Shown: positions 9,119 to 19,287 of the stretch, piece after piece | Numbering within the stretch: the stretch's first letter is position 1 | Layout of the letters: every line of letters begins with the position of its first letter | Virus record (IMG/VR): IMGVR_UViG_3300036766_000678 | Span: 116,417-180,416 of that record | Strand: one strand, 5' to 3' | Origin: a virus | DNA length: 64,000 nucleotides | The notes under the pieces: model-generated | Seen by the model: the letters and a program-made list of their open reading frames with translations, nothing else | Told to the model about the DNA's origin: nothing | Database searches by the model: none | Made by a program: the position numbers and the translations under genes

Positions 9119-12100
9119 TATCTTTCAGGTGCGGCCAACTCAACAGCTCCGCCTTCGGGAGCTTCTACCATTTCTGGTGTTGCTCCAACTTCTCCTGGTA
9201 CTTCTTCACCTACTCCTTCTGCACCTTCTTCTCCAGGTTCAATTGGTTCTATAGGTTCTACTGGTTCGGGCATTTCCCCACCCATTCCACCCCCACCGGC
9301 ACCTACTTCTCCACCGCCAGAAGGTTTACTAATTTTTGCGGGTATACGATCTTTCCCACCACCCTTATCAAAAATAGTACCTCTTTCTTGTTCAAGATTT
9401 TGTCTTTCAGTTTCAAAATCAAGCTCAGGAAATTTAGCGAAAAGAGTCTTTGTAGAAATAAGGCCCTTATCATGAAGATCCATCATTCTGTCTTTTTCCG
9501 CATCTTCATCTTCAATATCCAAAGATTTATACCAAGAGATCTGTGGGAGAATTAATTCTTTTTTACCAGTAGCAGGATCAACAGTATAAAAATTATTCTT
9601 TTCTGCAATAGGTCTAAAGAAATGGTTTATCATCCAATCTTCAAATTTATCTCTTACGGTTTTATATTGCATAACAAGGGCATGTAATGCCATTGTTTTG
9701 CTATTACCAAAATTGGGGCCTTCTCCTAAGATAACGTTCTTGTTCACACCCATACCAACAAGCAATTGATCTTGAATGTAATCATATTCAGCATTAAGAG
9801 GAAATTGTTTTCCCATAACACTTAATGGTTCATATTTAACAATGGGGGGAGCAAAAATACTAAATGGGGGATTCTGAATAGATTGATTAATTAAATTTTT
9901 CCAGTTACTAATATCCTGCTCACTTGGCATAGTATTGGAAGCTAAATCTCCAATAGTCCACAACTCTTTTGGGAACACATAATTTTGTGCGTAAGCGGAT
10001 TGAGCGAGACGTATCCAGTCCTGAAGTATGAGGGCCTTAAATAAACAGTTGTGAACGAACACACCACAATCCAAAGCAAAGTTGTGAAAATTTCCAACAG
10101 ATTTAATATCATATAATTCTTCTGCTGGTAAAATTTCTATGGATAAAACCTTATGGTTAAGTCTTTTTTTCTCTGCTACTTGTTTTTGTTTTTCAGCAGC
10201 ATTTTTTCTAAATTCAGGAGAACGACGAATAGCTAATATTTTTGCAACATATTCTGGATCTTGCCAACGACGTTTCATTGACTCACCTTGTACAAGAAAA
10301 GAGCCATTCTCATTCTTTGTTTGTGCTATTTTAGCTTTTACTTCAGGACGTTGCTGCACAATTTTTTGAGTTTCAGAAGTTTTCTTTCTATATTCAGGAT
10401 CTGCTTTGCTTATACGCATGGCAGTAACAGCATTATTCCTATATTCTTCAGTTTCCCAAAGTTCTTTTAATCTTTCTGATTGAATTTCATGCCGTTCTTC
10501 TTTTTCCCACGACCTAATTACCCCAGCAGTTAGATTTTTTATAAAATCTGGATTCTGTCTAGCTTTTTCAACTAATGCTTTGTGTAATTTTATATGATCC
10601 TTTCTGGATAAGACCAATAAATTTTCAGGTGTATTATCTGTTTTATGAAAATTTTGATGATGAACAATATCCTTTTTACTAACTGCCCCATTAATAAAAT
10701 CGGCTACCACACGATGAGTATATTTCCAAGCATCATCGGCTGGATTATAGATAAGTTCATAGCCAGTAATAGTTCTGCTTTCTTCCCCAAGTTTACTAAT
10801 TTTGGAATATAAAGGCATCAAACTTTCACCCACAGAAAGAAATTCAGCATTTTTATAAGATCCATCTCTAAGCACAATAGGGTGTTCCTTAGAACATTTA
10901 ATATAATTCCCACTATCTAAAGTTATCTTATAAACTATATCTTTTTTGGTGAAAACAACTTCGTCTGCACGTCCTGGAACAATACTATTATTTTTATCAA
11001 TACTATAAACCCAAAAATTCTTTCTTTTTAGGTCAAAAAGTTCTTTCAAAGTTGGGGAAGTCCCATCCAACAAACGAATCTTTGTATCTCCCGTTAAACA
11101 CTGTATGGGACTTGTCCCCCTCGTAGCAGAGGGGTCTGTAAGATCGGCAATCATCGACGTACAATTCTCATCTAGCTTAATATTTCGATGATCATTAATT
11201 GCATTAACAAGTTCTGGAGAAGACTCTTTTAATTTTTCTACTCTCTCCTGATCTTCGGGACGAGTGGAAGATACTAATGCTTTAAGTTCTTCCGTTGGAA
11301 TTAATTCAAAAGTTTGAGTACCCGTAAGCATATCTGTTTTAATTTCAACAAGTTCTGGTTCCAATAACACAAAATTTGCCCAGCGATACAGTTTCTCTTC
11401 ACCTTTTGGATTTTCAACATCCTGAGTCATATTTCCAAAACAAATAGCTTCACCAAATTTGTTATAAGAGATACTAGCTCTTAAAATATAGGAGAGAAGA
11501 TTGAAATGCTGATTTGAACACATCTCTTCATAAAATTTCTTTACAGAAACATCTTGGACAACTAAATCAAATTTGGAAAATGGATAGGCTGCATGTAAAT
11601 TTGTAATACGTTTTACATACGGTTCCAAATTATAGAATATACGACAGTTATGAGTGGTAAATGGAACATTAATTGTATGATCTTCTGTAGTTACACAACA
11701 AAAATCTTTATCCGTATCAAATACTTCTACCCCAGTAACAGGAAAATAGAAGTATTGGTCATCTTCAAAATACATAACTTCTGTATTTTCATTTGAATAA
11801 CTCCCAGGATAAATTTTATTAACATTTTCCCCAGAAATACCTAATGTATATGCAAAAGGTGCCACAGATTTCATCTGGATTTTAGATTTCTTATTTATAT
11901 AAGCTAAATCTTGTTCTCTTTGTCTAAACCAGACAGGTACTCCAACTTGATTAAAAAGAAGATGACCTTTATAGGCTAAAGATTGAGAAACAGTACATAC
12001 GGACATAGCAGGTCGTGAAGGAGTAATATTTTTAACTGTTCCATCTCCCCTTACCCATCCTCGTAAAAAAGAAAGAACTAAATTGTTTTCTAACTCAAAC

Positions 12101-13107
12101 AACCACATAGGAATATCTTTAATATTTGATCCGGTATTAAAATACTGCACAACAAATTCAGCTAACACAGAACTATTAACAAATAAACGAATACTTCCAT
12201 TGTGTGGGCCAATATGAATTTTATGTTCTGGTATATGAAATTCTGTAATTAAAGTTTCTTTTAAAGCTTTTGCTATATTTTCCTCGTCATGAGATAGAGT
12301 TAAAGTAATAGCATTTTTATGTCCTTCGCTATCAGCAACATGACCTTCTGCAATATACCAACCCAAAAATTCTAATACCTTATTTGTAAGTGGTAAAAAT
12401 CTTGGCATACTATATGCTACATCTCTACTTACAACTTCTAAAGAATTCTCAGAAGGCGTAACAATTTTAACTCGTCCTTTATGTAACTTATAAATTGAAC
12501 GTTCTTTTAAAGTAGGAACATACAAATCAATTTTAGGTGCTTCAGTAGAAGAAAATTTAATTTTTGGACAAGCTACTAAATCCCCCTCTTGAAGAAGATT
12601 TGCATCAATCCAAGTTAATTTTTCTTTCGGAGTAACAAAACCAAAGCGTATAGCATCTCGTAACGTTCTATGTTGACCTTTAGCTTGAATCCCAAGTACA
12701 GGATGATAGGAAGCCATTTCTACAGGAGGACAATATTTAATTGTAAGTTTAACTGCGCTGGAGTCTGCTTTCTTACGTTGAATATCTAAAACTTTTTGCC
12801 AAATACCTTTTCTTGATAAAACTAAATCTCCTATCTTTACATCAGAAATTTTCTTGTATACACCATTACACAAAATTTCTTGATCTTCGAGAATGGGCCA
12901 TTTAAGGATTTCTTGACGTGATTTGGGAAGAAGCCACGATTCACTCGTCAGCTCAGGTGAATAGAAAAAACTATTTGTTTGTGTGACTTGATACTCTCCC
13001 TCTTTCAAAAGAGAAGCTTCTTTCTTCACTCCAGTTAAACTCTGAGGTGCTGTGAAATTTGCTTGTGGAGTTCCTTTCTTTGGTATGCCTTTTCCTTTTC
13101 GTGCCAT
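9118..13107 (-). CDS. Portal protein with two inteins (561 aa after splicing)
   Basis: Spliced sequence RQEILKW|CRIFYNLEP...GTSPIQ|CLFKALILQD...GEGPNFGNS; directly downstream of terL; acidic Gly/Pro tail. Confidence 0.8.
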   Translation of the reverse strand: MARKGKGIPKKGTPQANFTAPQSLTGVKKEASLLKEGEYQVTQTNSFFYSPELTSESWLLPKSRQEILKWPILEDQEILCNGVYKKISDVKIGDLVLSRKGIWQKVLDIQRKKADSSAVKLTIKYCPPVEMASYHPVLGIQAKGQHRTLRDAIRFGFVTPKEKLTWIDANLLQEGDLVACPKIKFSSTEAPKIDLYVPTLKERSIYKLHKGRVKIVTPSENSLEVVSRDVAYSMPRFLPLTNKVLEFLGWYIAEGHVADSEGHKNAITLTLSHDEENIAKALKETLITEFHIPEHKIHIGPHNGSIRLFVNSSVLAEFVVQYFNTGSNIKDIPMWLFELENNLVLSFLRGWVRGDGTVKNITPSRPAMSVCTVSQSLAYKGHLLFNQVGVPVWFRQREQDLAYINKKSKIQMKSVAPFAYTLGISGENVNKIYPGSYSNENTEVMYFEDDQYFYFPVTGVEVFDTDKDFCCVTTEDHTINVPFTTHNCRIFYNLEPYVKRITNLHAAYPFSKFDLVVQDVSVKKFYEEMCSNQHFNLLSYILRASISYNKFGEAICFGNMTQDVENPKGEEKLYRWANFVLLEPELVEIKTDMLTGTQTFELIPTEELKALVSSTRPEDQERVEKLKESSPELVNAINDHRNIKLDENCTSMIADLTDPSATRGTSPIQCLTGDTKIRLLDGTSPTLKELFDLKRKNFWVYSIDKNNSIVPGRADEVVFTKKDIVYKITLDSGNYIKCSKEHPIVLRDGSYKNAEFLSVGESLMPLYSKISKLGEESRTITGYELIYNPADDAWKYTHRVVADFINGAVSKKDIVHHQNFHKTDNTPENLLVLSRKDHIKLHKALVEKARQNPDFIKNLTAGVIRSWEKEERHEIQSERLKELWETEEYRNNAVTAMRISKADPEYRKKTSETQKIVQQRPEVKAKIAQTKNENGSFLVQGESMKRRWQDPEYVAKILAIRRSPEFRKNAAEKQKQVAEKKRLNHKVLSIEILPAEELYDIKSVGNFHNFALDCGVFVHNCLFKALILQDWIRLAQSAYAQNYVFPKELWTIGDLASNTMPSEQDISNWKNLINQSIQNPPFSIFAPPIVKYEPLSVMGKQFPLNAEYDYIQDQLLVGMGVNKNVILGEGPNFGNSKTMALHALVMQYKTVRDKFEDWMINHFFRPIAEKNNFYTVDPATGKKELILPQISWYKSLDIEDEDAEKDRMMDLHDKGLISTKTLFAKFPELDFETERQNLEQERGTIFDKGGGKDRIPAKISKPSGGGEVGAGGGGMGGEMPEPVEPIEPIEPGEEGAEGVGEEVPGEVGATPEMVEAPEGGAVELAAPER
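10048..11100 (-). mobile_element. HNH-type intein (351 aa), portal intein 2
   Basis: CLTGDTKIRLLDG...CSKEHPI; HNH core YTHRVV...VHHQNFHKTDNTPENL; ends FVHN followed by Cys(+1). Confidence 0.92.
11647..12897 (-). mobile_element. LAGLIDADG intein (417 aa) with Pro at position 1, portal intein 1
   Basis: PILEDQEIL...ASYHPV; FLGWYIAEG and FLRGWVRGDG; block F FCCVTTEDH; ends TTHN followed by Cys(+1). Confidence 0.8.
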
Positions 13108-13358
13108 TAGATCTTCTCCTTAATCTCTTCTTCTAACTCTTCTTTCTCTAACTCTTTCTTTTCCAACTCTTGTTTTGCAATCCAATTATCCTTCATACCT
13201 TCTAATTTCTTTTGAATATCCATAAGTGAATCGGCATAATGTCCAAGCATATCTCTATCTTTTTTATCAATAGAATACTTATTACTAAGCCGATAAATTT
13301 CATCTGCTACTGAAACTAAATAATCGTTCGATTCTTCTATCACTTTGGTTGGTTTCAT
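13107..13358 (-). CDS. Hypothetical protein between terL and portal
   Basis: Helical, charged ORF whose stop overlaps the portal start. Confidence 0.6.
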   Translation of the reverse strand: MKPTKVIEESNDYLVSVADEIYRLSNKYSIDKKDRDMLGHYADSLMDIQKKLEGMKDNWIAKQELEKKELEKEELEEEIKEKI

Positions 13359-13430
13359 ATTAATCGTTGTTAACTCTTTCCTTTTAACAATATTCTACCT
13401 TCTATTACTATATCAGAAAATTTCAAATTT

Positions 13431-15074
13431 TTATGGCCTATCCTTAAGGTACTTGCTCTGGAGAGGGTTCTGTTGCCCAGGCATTGGAATATGCCGCCCA
13501 TGTAAATTAGAAATCCCCGCTTGAGGGGAAGCCATAGAACTAATAGACTTAGAAATCTTATCAGAGTGTGCTTTCATTTGGTCGGCGGCCCAGATTCCTA
13601 GCACGTTGGACATCGTGAAATCGTCGTGTCCCATAGAAGTATCTACAAAAATTTGGTCATTAATTCCAGCTCTACTCTTGTGCCGTTCCAATAAGCACCA
13701 TTGAGAAAATCCTTCTCGAAATAGTTTATTATTCTCAATTTTATCCATTGTCGGATATTGAACTCTACCACTATCAAGCTCAAATATAAACTGATCTACC
13801 ATGGCATTTTTATAATTTTTCTTCGTAATAGGTTCAGAAGCATTAAAAGTTATTCCAGCTATTGGAATCTTTTCTTTCTGGAACATTTCAACAATACTTA
13901 TTGCAATATTACTATAATCAGCAAGACCAAAAACACACTTAAAAACACCTGTTTCTGGATGAATAATCTGTTTTATTTCTTCCATCTGTTCTACCACATT
14001 TCCCTGCCAAGAAAATTGAGCCACACATTGTTTAATGTTATCATGTGTCTTACGCCAAATTGAAAGAACAGTGAAGTCTAAATCTTTTTTACCAGGAAGA
14101 AGAGTACCACTAGCCGTATCCAATCCGAAATAATATTTTTCAGTAAGTTGGGGACGGCCTTCTTCAAGGACATCAAAATCGCCAGATATTAAAAGTTTTT
14201 GCTGTTCAGCAGAAAGTACAAGATTGATATCTTCCATCCATATCATCTCGTACTGAGTATTCCATTCAACTTCTGAATAACCTTCTACGCTGTCATAGTG
14301 CAGTAATGGATCGTTGGGGAAATATTTCTGTTTGACAGTACGAGGCATCAAATCTACAATACGTTTGGGGTATTCGTTACCTTCGTATAATATAGAACCC
14401 TGTTGCCAATAAATATCACATTCTCTCCAATTCTTTTTTAATACTTTATATTTTGTATTTGGGGAGTTACAACTTTGAAAAAAATTGTTCTTATAAAGAG
14501 AAATTCCAACCTTGATTGTTTTTGCAACAGAAAAACTACCAAGCATTGGAACAAGTTTCTCACGTACAACCCAGTCACTTACTCTCTGCGCTTCGTCGAT
14601 TAAAATTAGCATAAAATGCTCTGATTCCTGGGTTGCCGTTTCGGAAGCAGACAAAGCTTTTATCGTTGAACCATTCTTAAATGTGACTAGAGAATTGGAG
14701 GTTTTGTTCCAATCAATATCATTATAAACAGACGAAGAAGGAGTAAGAATACGCCCAATAATATCTTCTTTTACTAACCGTTTAGAGGTTTCACCTTTAG
14801 GACCAAAAATACCAATTCGGAAACCTGGGTTATCCAAACAAACTTTTACAAGAGCAATAGCGGCGGCATAAGTTTTTCCAGAGCCGCGAGAAGCTAAGAT
14901 AGCCAAATAGGGGAGACTTAAATTTGTTATATCATTAATAATGGAAATCTGATTGTCATACAAGTCAATATTAAGATTAGTAAGTGCCCAATAACTGGGG
15001 TCAACGGCAGCTTTATTAAGCGTAGGAAATCGGATAGAGAGTTCATTTTCTACAAGAGAGTCGAAGCGATTCAT
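13431..15074 (-). CDS. terL: Terminase large subunit
   Basis: Walker A ASRGSGKT, Walker B LILIDEAQ, RNase H-like nuclease motif YFGLDTASG and C-terminal HDD. Confidence 0.9.
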   Translation of the reverse strand: MNRFDSLVENELSIRFPTLNKAAVDPSYWALTNLNIDLYDNQISIINDITNLSLPYLAILASRGSGKTYAAAIALVKVCLDNPGFRIGIFGPKGETSKRLVKEDIIGRILTPSSSVYNDIDWNKTSNSLVTFKNGSTIKALSASETATQESEHFMLILIDEAQRVSDWVVREKLVPMLGSFSVAKTIKVGISLYKNNFFQSCNSPNTKYKVLKKNWRECDIYWQQGSILYEGNEYPKRIVDLMPRTVKQKYFPNDPLLHYDSVEGYSEVEWNTQYEMIWMEDINLVLSAEQQKLLISGDFDVLEEGRPQLTEKYYFGLDTASGTLLPGKKDLDFTVLSIWRKTHDNIKQCVAQFSWQGNVVEQMEEIKQIIHPETGVFKCVFGLADYSNIAISIVEMFQKEKIPIAGITFNASEPITKKNYKNAMVDQFIFELDSGRVQYPTMDKIENNKLFREGFSQWCLLERHKSRAGINDQIFVDTSMGHDDFTMSNVLGIWAADQMKAHSDKISKSISSMASPQAGISNLHGRHIPMPGQQNPLQSKYLKDRP

Positions 15075-15216
15075 TTATCTTACCTTTTAATTCTTGTCTG
15101 TTATTAACTTAAAACTTCCACAGGCTTTGCATTTCAAAATTTTACAATACATATCTATAGAGAACATTGATCCACATTGAAAATTATACACTTCTCTAAA
15201 TTTATTTTCTGCACAA

Positions 15217-15435
15217 TTAGTGCATACTAGGATTTTCTCCATTATCTTCATCTAACAACCCACTTTTCCAATCTTTGAGTTCGTTTTGTATCTCACGGAT
15301 ACGATCCCGAAGAACCAGACTGGATTTGACCATATTTGTATGAATATCATTAATCTCAATTTCAAGTTTTTTATTTTTACTTCCCATCGGAGCAGCCCCC
15401 ATTTCCATTTCTTTTATTACCAACAAGACGAACAA
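15217..15435 (-). CDS. Small coiled-coil protein (true start probably at MGSKNK)
   Basis: Overlaps the end of the holin-like gene. Confidence 0.45.
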   Translation of the reverse strand: MFVLLVIKEMEMGAAPMGSKNKKLEIEINDIHTNMVKSSLVLRDRIREIQNELKDWKSGLLDEDNGENPSMH

Positions 15436-15643
15436 CTAAATCAAGTGTTTTATTTACTTCGTTAGAAAGATTTATATAATCATCATTAATTTTTGTAACT
15501 TCAGTATGACGTTTTTCCTGTAAATCACTATACAATTTAAATAGTTTCCAAATTACATATGCTTCAACAACCATACATACAACGGGCAATGTAAGAATTC
15601 CAAGTACTTTAGGATCAGTCAAAAGTTGTAATAATATATCCAT
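15377..15643 (-). CDS. Holin-like small membrane protein
   Basis: Single N-terminal hydrophobic segment followed by a coiled coil. Confidence 0.4.
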   Translation of the reverse strand: MDILLQLLTDPKVLGILTLPVVCMVVEAYVIWKLFKLYSDLQEKRHTEVTKINDDYINLSNEVNKTLDLVVRLVGNKRNGNGGCSDGK

Positions 15644-16500
15644 TATTTTAATCCTAATTTTGCTCTTTTTGTTATTCCTATAGCAGTTTTCTTTTTATGT
15701 TCCTCTATTGTTAGAGGCTGATAATTCTTATAATTAACAGCTTCTAAAAATTGTTTTCTATCAGTAAGATCAAAATCTGCTAATTCTTTTATGTGATCTA
15801 ATTCCCAATAACTTCCGTAGTTACCCCATGTCATACCATCATGAAACTTTGTAGCAATATAATCTTTAAAGAACTCTATAGGACATCCAAGATCTCTAAC
15901 GGCTGAACCCAATTTTGAGTTATTTTTTAAAGCAGAATTAAGTCTAGTCCTTAAATTACAAGCTAATCTAAAATTAATATCAATGGCTTTTCTATTTTTT
16001 ACATATTTTTTCTTTTGCAACAAAATTTGTTCTAAATTATCTAAATACCATTCTTTTACTTGTGTCAAAATTTTCTCTTTATTATTTTGATAATAAATCT
16101 TATTGTAGGCTAATATTTCATCTTTATTATTTTGATAACGTTCTTTATCACGAATTTTAACACATTCTATACATGAACCGTCTTTATAAAAGCCAGTAAC
16201 AAAAGTATCATGACCATGGATACAAAATTGTTTAGTATGTTTAATTTTTCTTTTCCCCTCTTTGACTTCTTTTTGTCTTTTACAACTATCTATATTTTTA
16301 CAATCTTTACAAGCCCCACTTTTATCTCTACCACAAACAGCCGTGTCGTGCCCATGCCTACATATTTGTTTTTTAGGATGCGGAGATTTTAATCCAAGTA
16401 AAACTGGTCTAGTACAACCCATGCAATTACCTTGTTTATCTCTACCAACTACAGCTATCTCATGGCCATGTATACAAAAAGGTTTTTTAGATTTAGACAT
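15643..16500 (-). CDS. HNH-type endonuclease with three CxxGH[DE] zinc modules
   Basis: FCIHGHE, ICRHGHD, FCIHGHD repeats; C-terminal MTWGNYGSYWELDHIK...NYQPL. Confidence 0.75.
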   Translation of the reverse strand: MSKSKKPFCIHGHEIAVVGRDKQGNCMGCTRPVLLGLKSPHPKKQICRHGHDTAVCGRDKSGACKDCKNIDSCKRQKEVKEGKRKIKHTKQFCIHGHDTFVTGFYKDGSCIECVKIRDKERYQNNKDEILAYNKIYYQNNKEKILTQVKEWYLDNLEQILLQKKKYVKNRKAIDINFRLACNLRTRLNSALKNNSKLGSAVRDLGCPIEFFKDYIATKFHDGMTWGNYGSYWELDHIKELADFDLTDRKQFLEAVNYKNYQPLTIEEHKKKTAIGITKRAKLGLK

Positions 16501-16507
16501 AAATATT

Positions 16508-19261
16508 TTATGATAGTGCCTGAAGTGCCTTCAACATATCTTCATTTAACTGATTAAGATCGTCCATAACACTAGCTTCTTTCTGTACTGGTTCTAATGA
16601 GGATCTCTTAGGCCATTTAACAAGTGTTTGAGTTTGAACTTTCTTAGCTAAGGATTTAAAACCGTTAAGAACACGTTCTACGTACTCCTCGGCCCCAGCA
16701 AAGCGTTGATAGATCTTCTCAAGCAATTCTTTTGTTGAGGGCTTAGGCACGATCTCTTTTTCTTCATGTTGCATGGTATATAAATTTTCTGACCATTGCA
16801 CAATCTTACTTTCCGTTGCATCAATAAGAATACCTAATTTATCGTAAGAATCTTGTAATTCTTTCTCAAGTGCAGAACGTTCCCCACCAACATCAATTTT
16901 TTGTAGTTCAGCTAACGTTGTTGCCTTAATCTTCTCTTTGGCTTGGTCTAATACAGAAAGCTTGGATTGCAAAGACTCCATTTTTACTAGAATTTGCTCC
17001 ATATTTGGAGTGACAGGAACTGCTTTTTCTTTGTCAACAAATTTGGGGCTAATTTTGACTTCTTTATACTCTGTCTTAGGAGTTTCAGCAGGAACTGGGT
17101 CTGCTGCTTGTTTTTCAGTTCCTCTACATTCACTACACAGGCCATCTCTAACCCATTTAGACATCTCAATAAGACCTACTTCTTTACCACATTTAGAACA
17201 AACATCTTTTTCTTCTTCAGCAGTTTTTAATTGGGCTTCAAGCTTTTTTACTTCAGCTTTAATTGCTAAAAGATCTTTATATGGAGCTTCATTAGGGAAC
17301 ATTTGTTTCTTTAATGCTTCATAGGCAGCATCATATTCCTCTTGATGAATATTTCCACGCATAAGTTTCTTATCAAGCATATTTACTGCTCGTTCAAAAC
17401 GAAGTTCGTCAGAAGTCTCATCTGCCTGTTTAATAGTTCTAACTTCAGGATTTTTATCTAATTCCCATCCTGGACATTTACAAGATTCACATTTACCTTT
17501 CATGTCTTTATGATCTAACGTGCCATGACCACAAATACACTTAACTATTTTAGCTTTGATATCTTCTAAAGAAGATTCTTTCTCTGATTTCTCATATTTT
17601 TCATGTTTTTTTGTCTGTTTTTCAAAACATTTATCACACCATTTTCCAGTTCGTGGGTCATTACCACCTTGAAAGGAATGTGTAGAAGGCTTACCACAAG
17701 CATAGCAAGCATCATCTTTAGCCGCTTCTTTCAAACTAGCACTATGCAAATCTTCCATTTTAGGAGTTACTGCAATTTCAGGCTCTTCTGGTTGTGCAAG
17801 GGTAGGGGCTGATACTGGTTCTGTAGTTTGAGCACCCTCCGATTCCTTAGAAACACGGTGCATCTCTACTGTTAATAGCTCTCCATCTCTATCAACAATA
17901 CCCCACTTAGAACCATCCCCATGAGTTTCCTCACTAACAAATTTAGCTCTAAAAGAAGAAAGTTCATCATTTAAATCTGATTTAACAATAACCCAATCTT
18001 CTGGCTTTGGTGTTGGATGATCGACTCCCATTCCCATTGGAACAGTATCCTGTGTGGGAGTTTCTTGTGTTGGTTCTACTTTAATTGGTTCTTGAAGTGG
18101 ATTTAAAGCGGTTTTATCTTGGGAAGCGACCCGTCTTATTTCCGAATTGTCAGCCCTACTGATCTCATTTAAAGCAGACTCTTTTTCTTCAACTTCTTCC
18201 TCTTCAGGAATTTCCATAATATCTTTGGGCGTAAATTTAGGTTCTTTAACTTCTTTTACAAGAGGTTCAATTTTTTTTTCTTCAGTGGGTTCTTTATCAA
18301 GATCTTTGAGAAGCTTTTCATGAACTTCATCGGGAACTAGTTCTTTGGGGGGTTTTGGCATAGTAGGTAAAGACTTTTCCTTTACAACATTAATCTCTTC
18401 ACCTTGTTCATTGCCTCTAAATTGATCCAAATATGCAGCAACATCCTCTTTTTCATATTTTAGAGATTTGGTCATGAAATCACGAACTTCCTCCCACGAC
18501 CTACCAACTCCACGTAAAGCTTCTACAAGTTGTTTATCTTTATCAGTAAAAAGTGTTGCTTGTTTTTGTTCCAAACTACTCTCAATCTGTTCTTTAACTT
18601 CTGTTTCAATACGTTTTGTAATATTTTTCTCGGATTGAGCCTTTTCCTTTTCGAGCTGGTCATAACTAACCGATGGGGCTGCAAGCTCAGGAGTTTTCTC
18701 TTCTGGTTTTGCTTTGTTCATGTCCCATAAAGGTATGGAGTCTTGATCTGTTTTAGGTTGTAGTTCCTTCATCTTAGTTTGGAACTCTAAAAGTTCATCT
18801 GGATTACTAAACCACAAATTTTGCATGGTGATTTTGGCCCTCTTGAGAAGAGTCATCTCATCTTTAGCAGCCTGCGTGGTTGTTACCACTGGGACATTAG
18901 TCTCAATAGGGGTATCGGAAGTTTCTGCATATGTCTTTAAAACATTTTGCATAATACCTTTAGCTTCATCATATTTATCTTCACCAGTCAATTTTGCAAC
19001 TTGGGCTAAATCAGAACTGATAAGTTGGGCCATATGATTTGCTTCATCAGAAGAAGTTGTCTTTTCTAGAACCTTACCAGCAGAATCTTTCCAAGCAAGA
19101 CTAACAATAGAATTTCCATCATTTAAAGGAACAACATCTAACGATAATTCTTTTACTGGATTATCACCTATATGGGTTGGGTCAACAACTTTAAAAGAAG
19201 AATGTGTAGATTCTTCAGATTCTTTTATAAGACTAGCAATAAGATTGTAGAATGAATTCAT
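16508..19261 (-). CDS. Large acidic mosaic protein, probable head/internal virion protein
   Basis: Lies in the head module; many KxA/KxS sites; three Cys-rich modules. Confidence 0.55.
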   Translation of the reverse strand: MNSFYNLIASLIKESEESTHSSFKVVDPTHIGDNPVKELSLDVVPLNDGNSIVSLAWKDSAGKVLEKTTSSDEANHMAQLISSDLAQVAKLTGEDKYDEAKGIMQNVLKTYAETSDTPIETNVPVVTTTQAAKDEMTLLKRAKITMQNLWFSNPDELLEFQTKMKELQPKTDQDSIPLWDMNKAKPEEKTPELAAPSVSYDQLEKEKAQSEKNITKRIETEVKEQIESSLEQKQATLFTDKDKQLVEALRGVGRSWEEVRDFMTKSLKYEKEDVAAYLDQFRGNEQGEEINVVKEKSLPTMPKPPKELVPDEVHEKLLKDLDKEPTEEKKIEPLVKEVKEPKFTPKDIMEIPEEEEVEEKESALNEISRADNSEIRRVASQDKTALNPLQEPIKVEPTQETPTQDTVPMGMGVDHPTPKPEDWVIVKSDLNDELSSFRAKFVSEETHGDGSKWGIVDRDGELLTVEMHRVSKESEGAQTTEPVSAPTLAQPEEPEIAVTPKMEDLHSASLKEAAKDDACYACGKPSTHSFQGGNDPRTGKWCDKCFEKQTKKHEKYEKSEKESSLEDIKAKIVKCICGHGTLDHKDMKGKCESCKCPGWELDKNPEVRTIKQADETSDELRFERAVNMLDKKLMRGNIHQEEYDAAYEALKKQMFPNEAPYKDLLAIKAEVKKLEAQLKTAEEEKDVCSKCGKEVGLIEMSKWVRDGLCSECRGTEKQAADPVPAETPKTEYKEVKISPKFVDKEKAVPVTPNMEQILVKMESLQSKLSVLDQAKEKIKATTLAELQKIDVGGERSALEKELQDSYDKLGILIDATESKIVQWSENLYTMQHEEKEIVPKPSTKELLEKIYQRFAGAEEYVERVLNGFKSLAKKVQTQTLVKWPKRSSLEPVQKEASVMDDLNQLNEDMLKALQALS

Positions 19262-19287
19262 GTGTGACTCCTAAAATTTAAACTAAA

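Noticed and set aside
9121-9330. Gly/Glu/Pro-rich portal tail
   Set aside because: Low-complexity tails are ordinary in large-phage portals.
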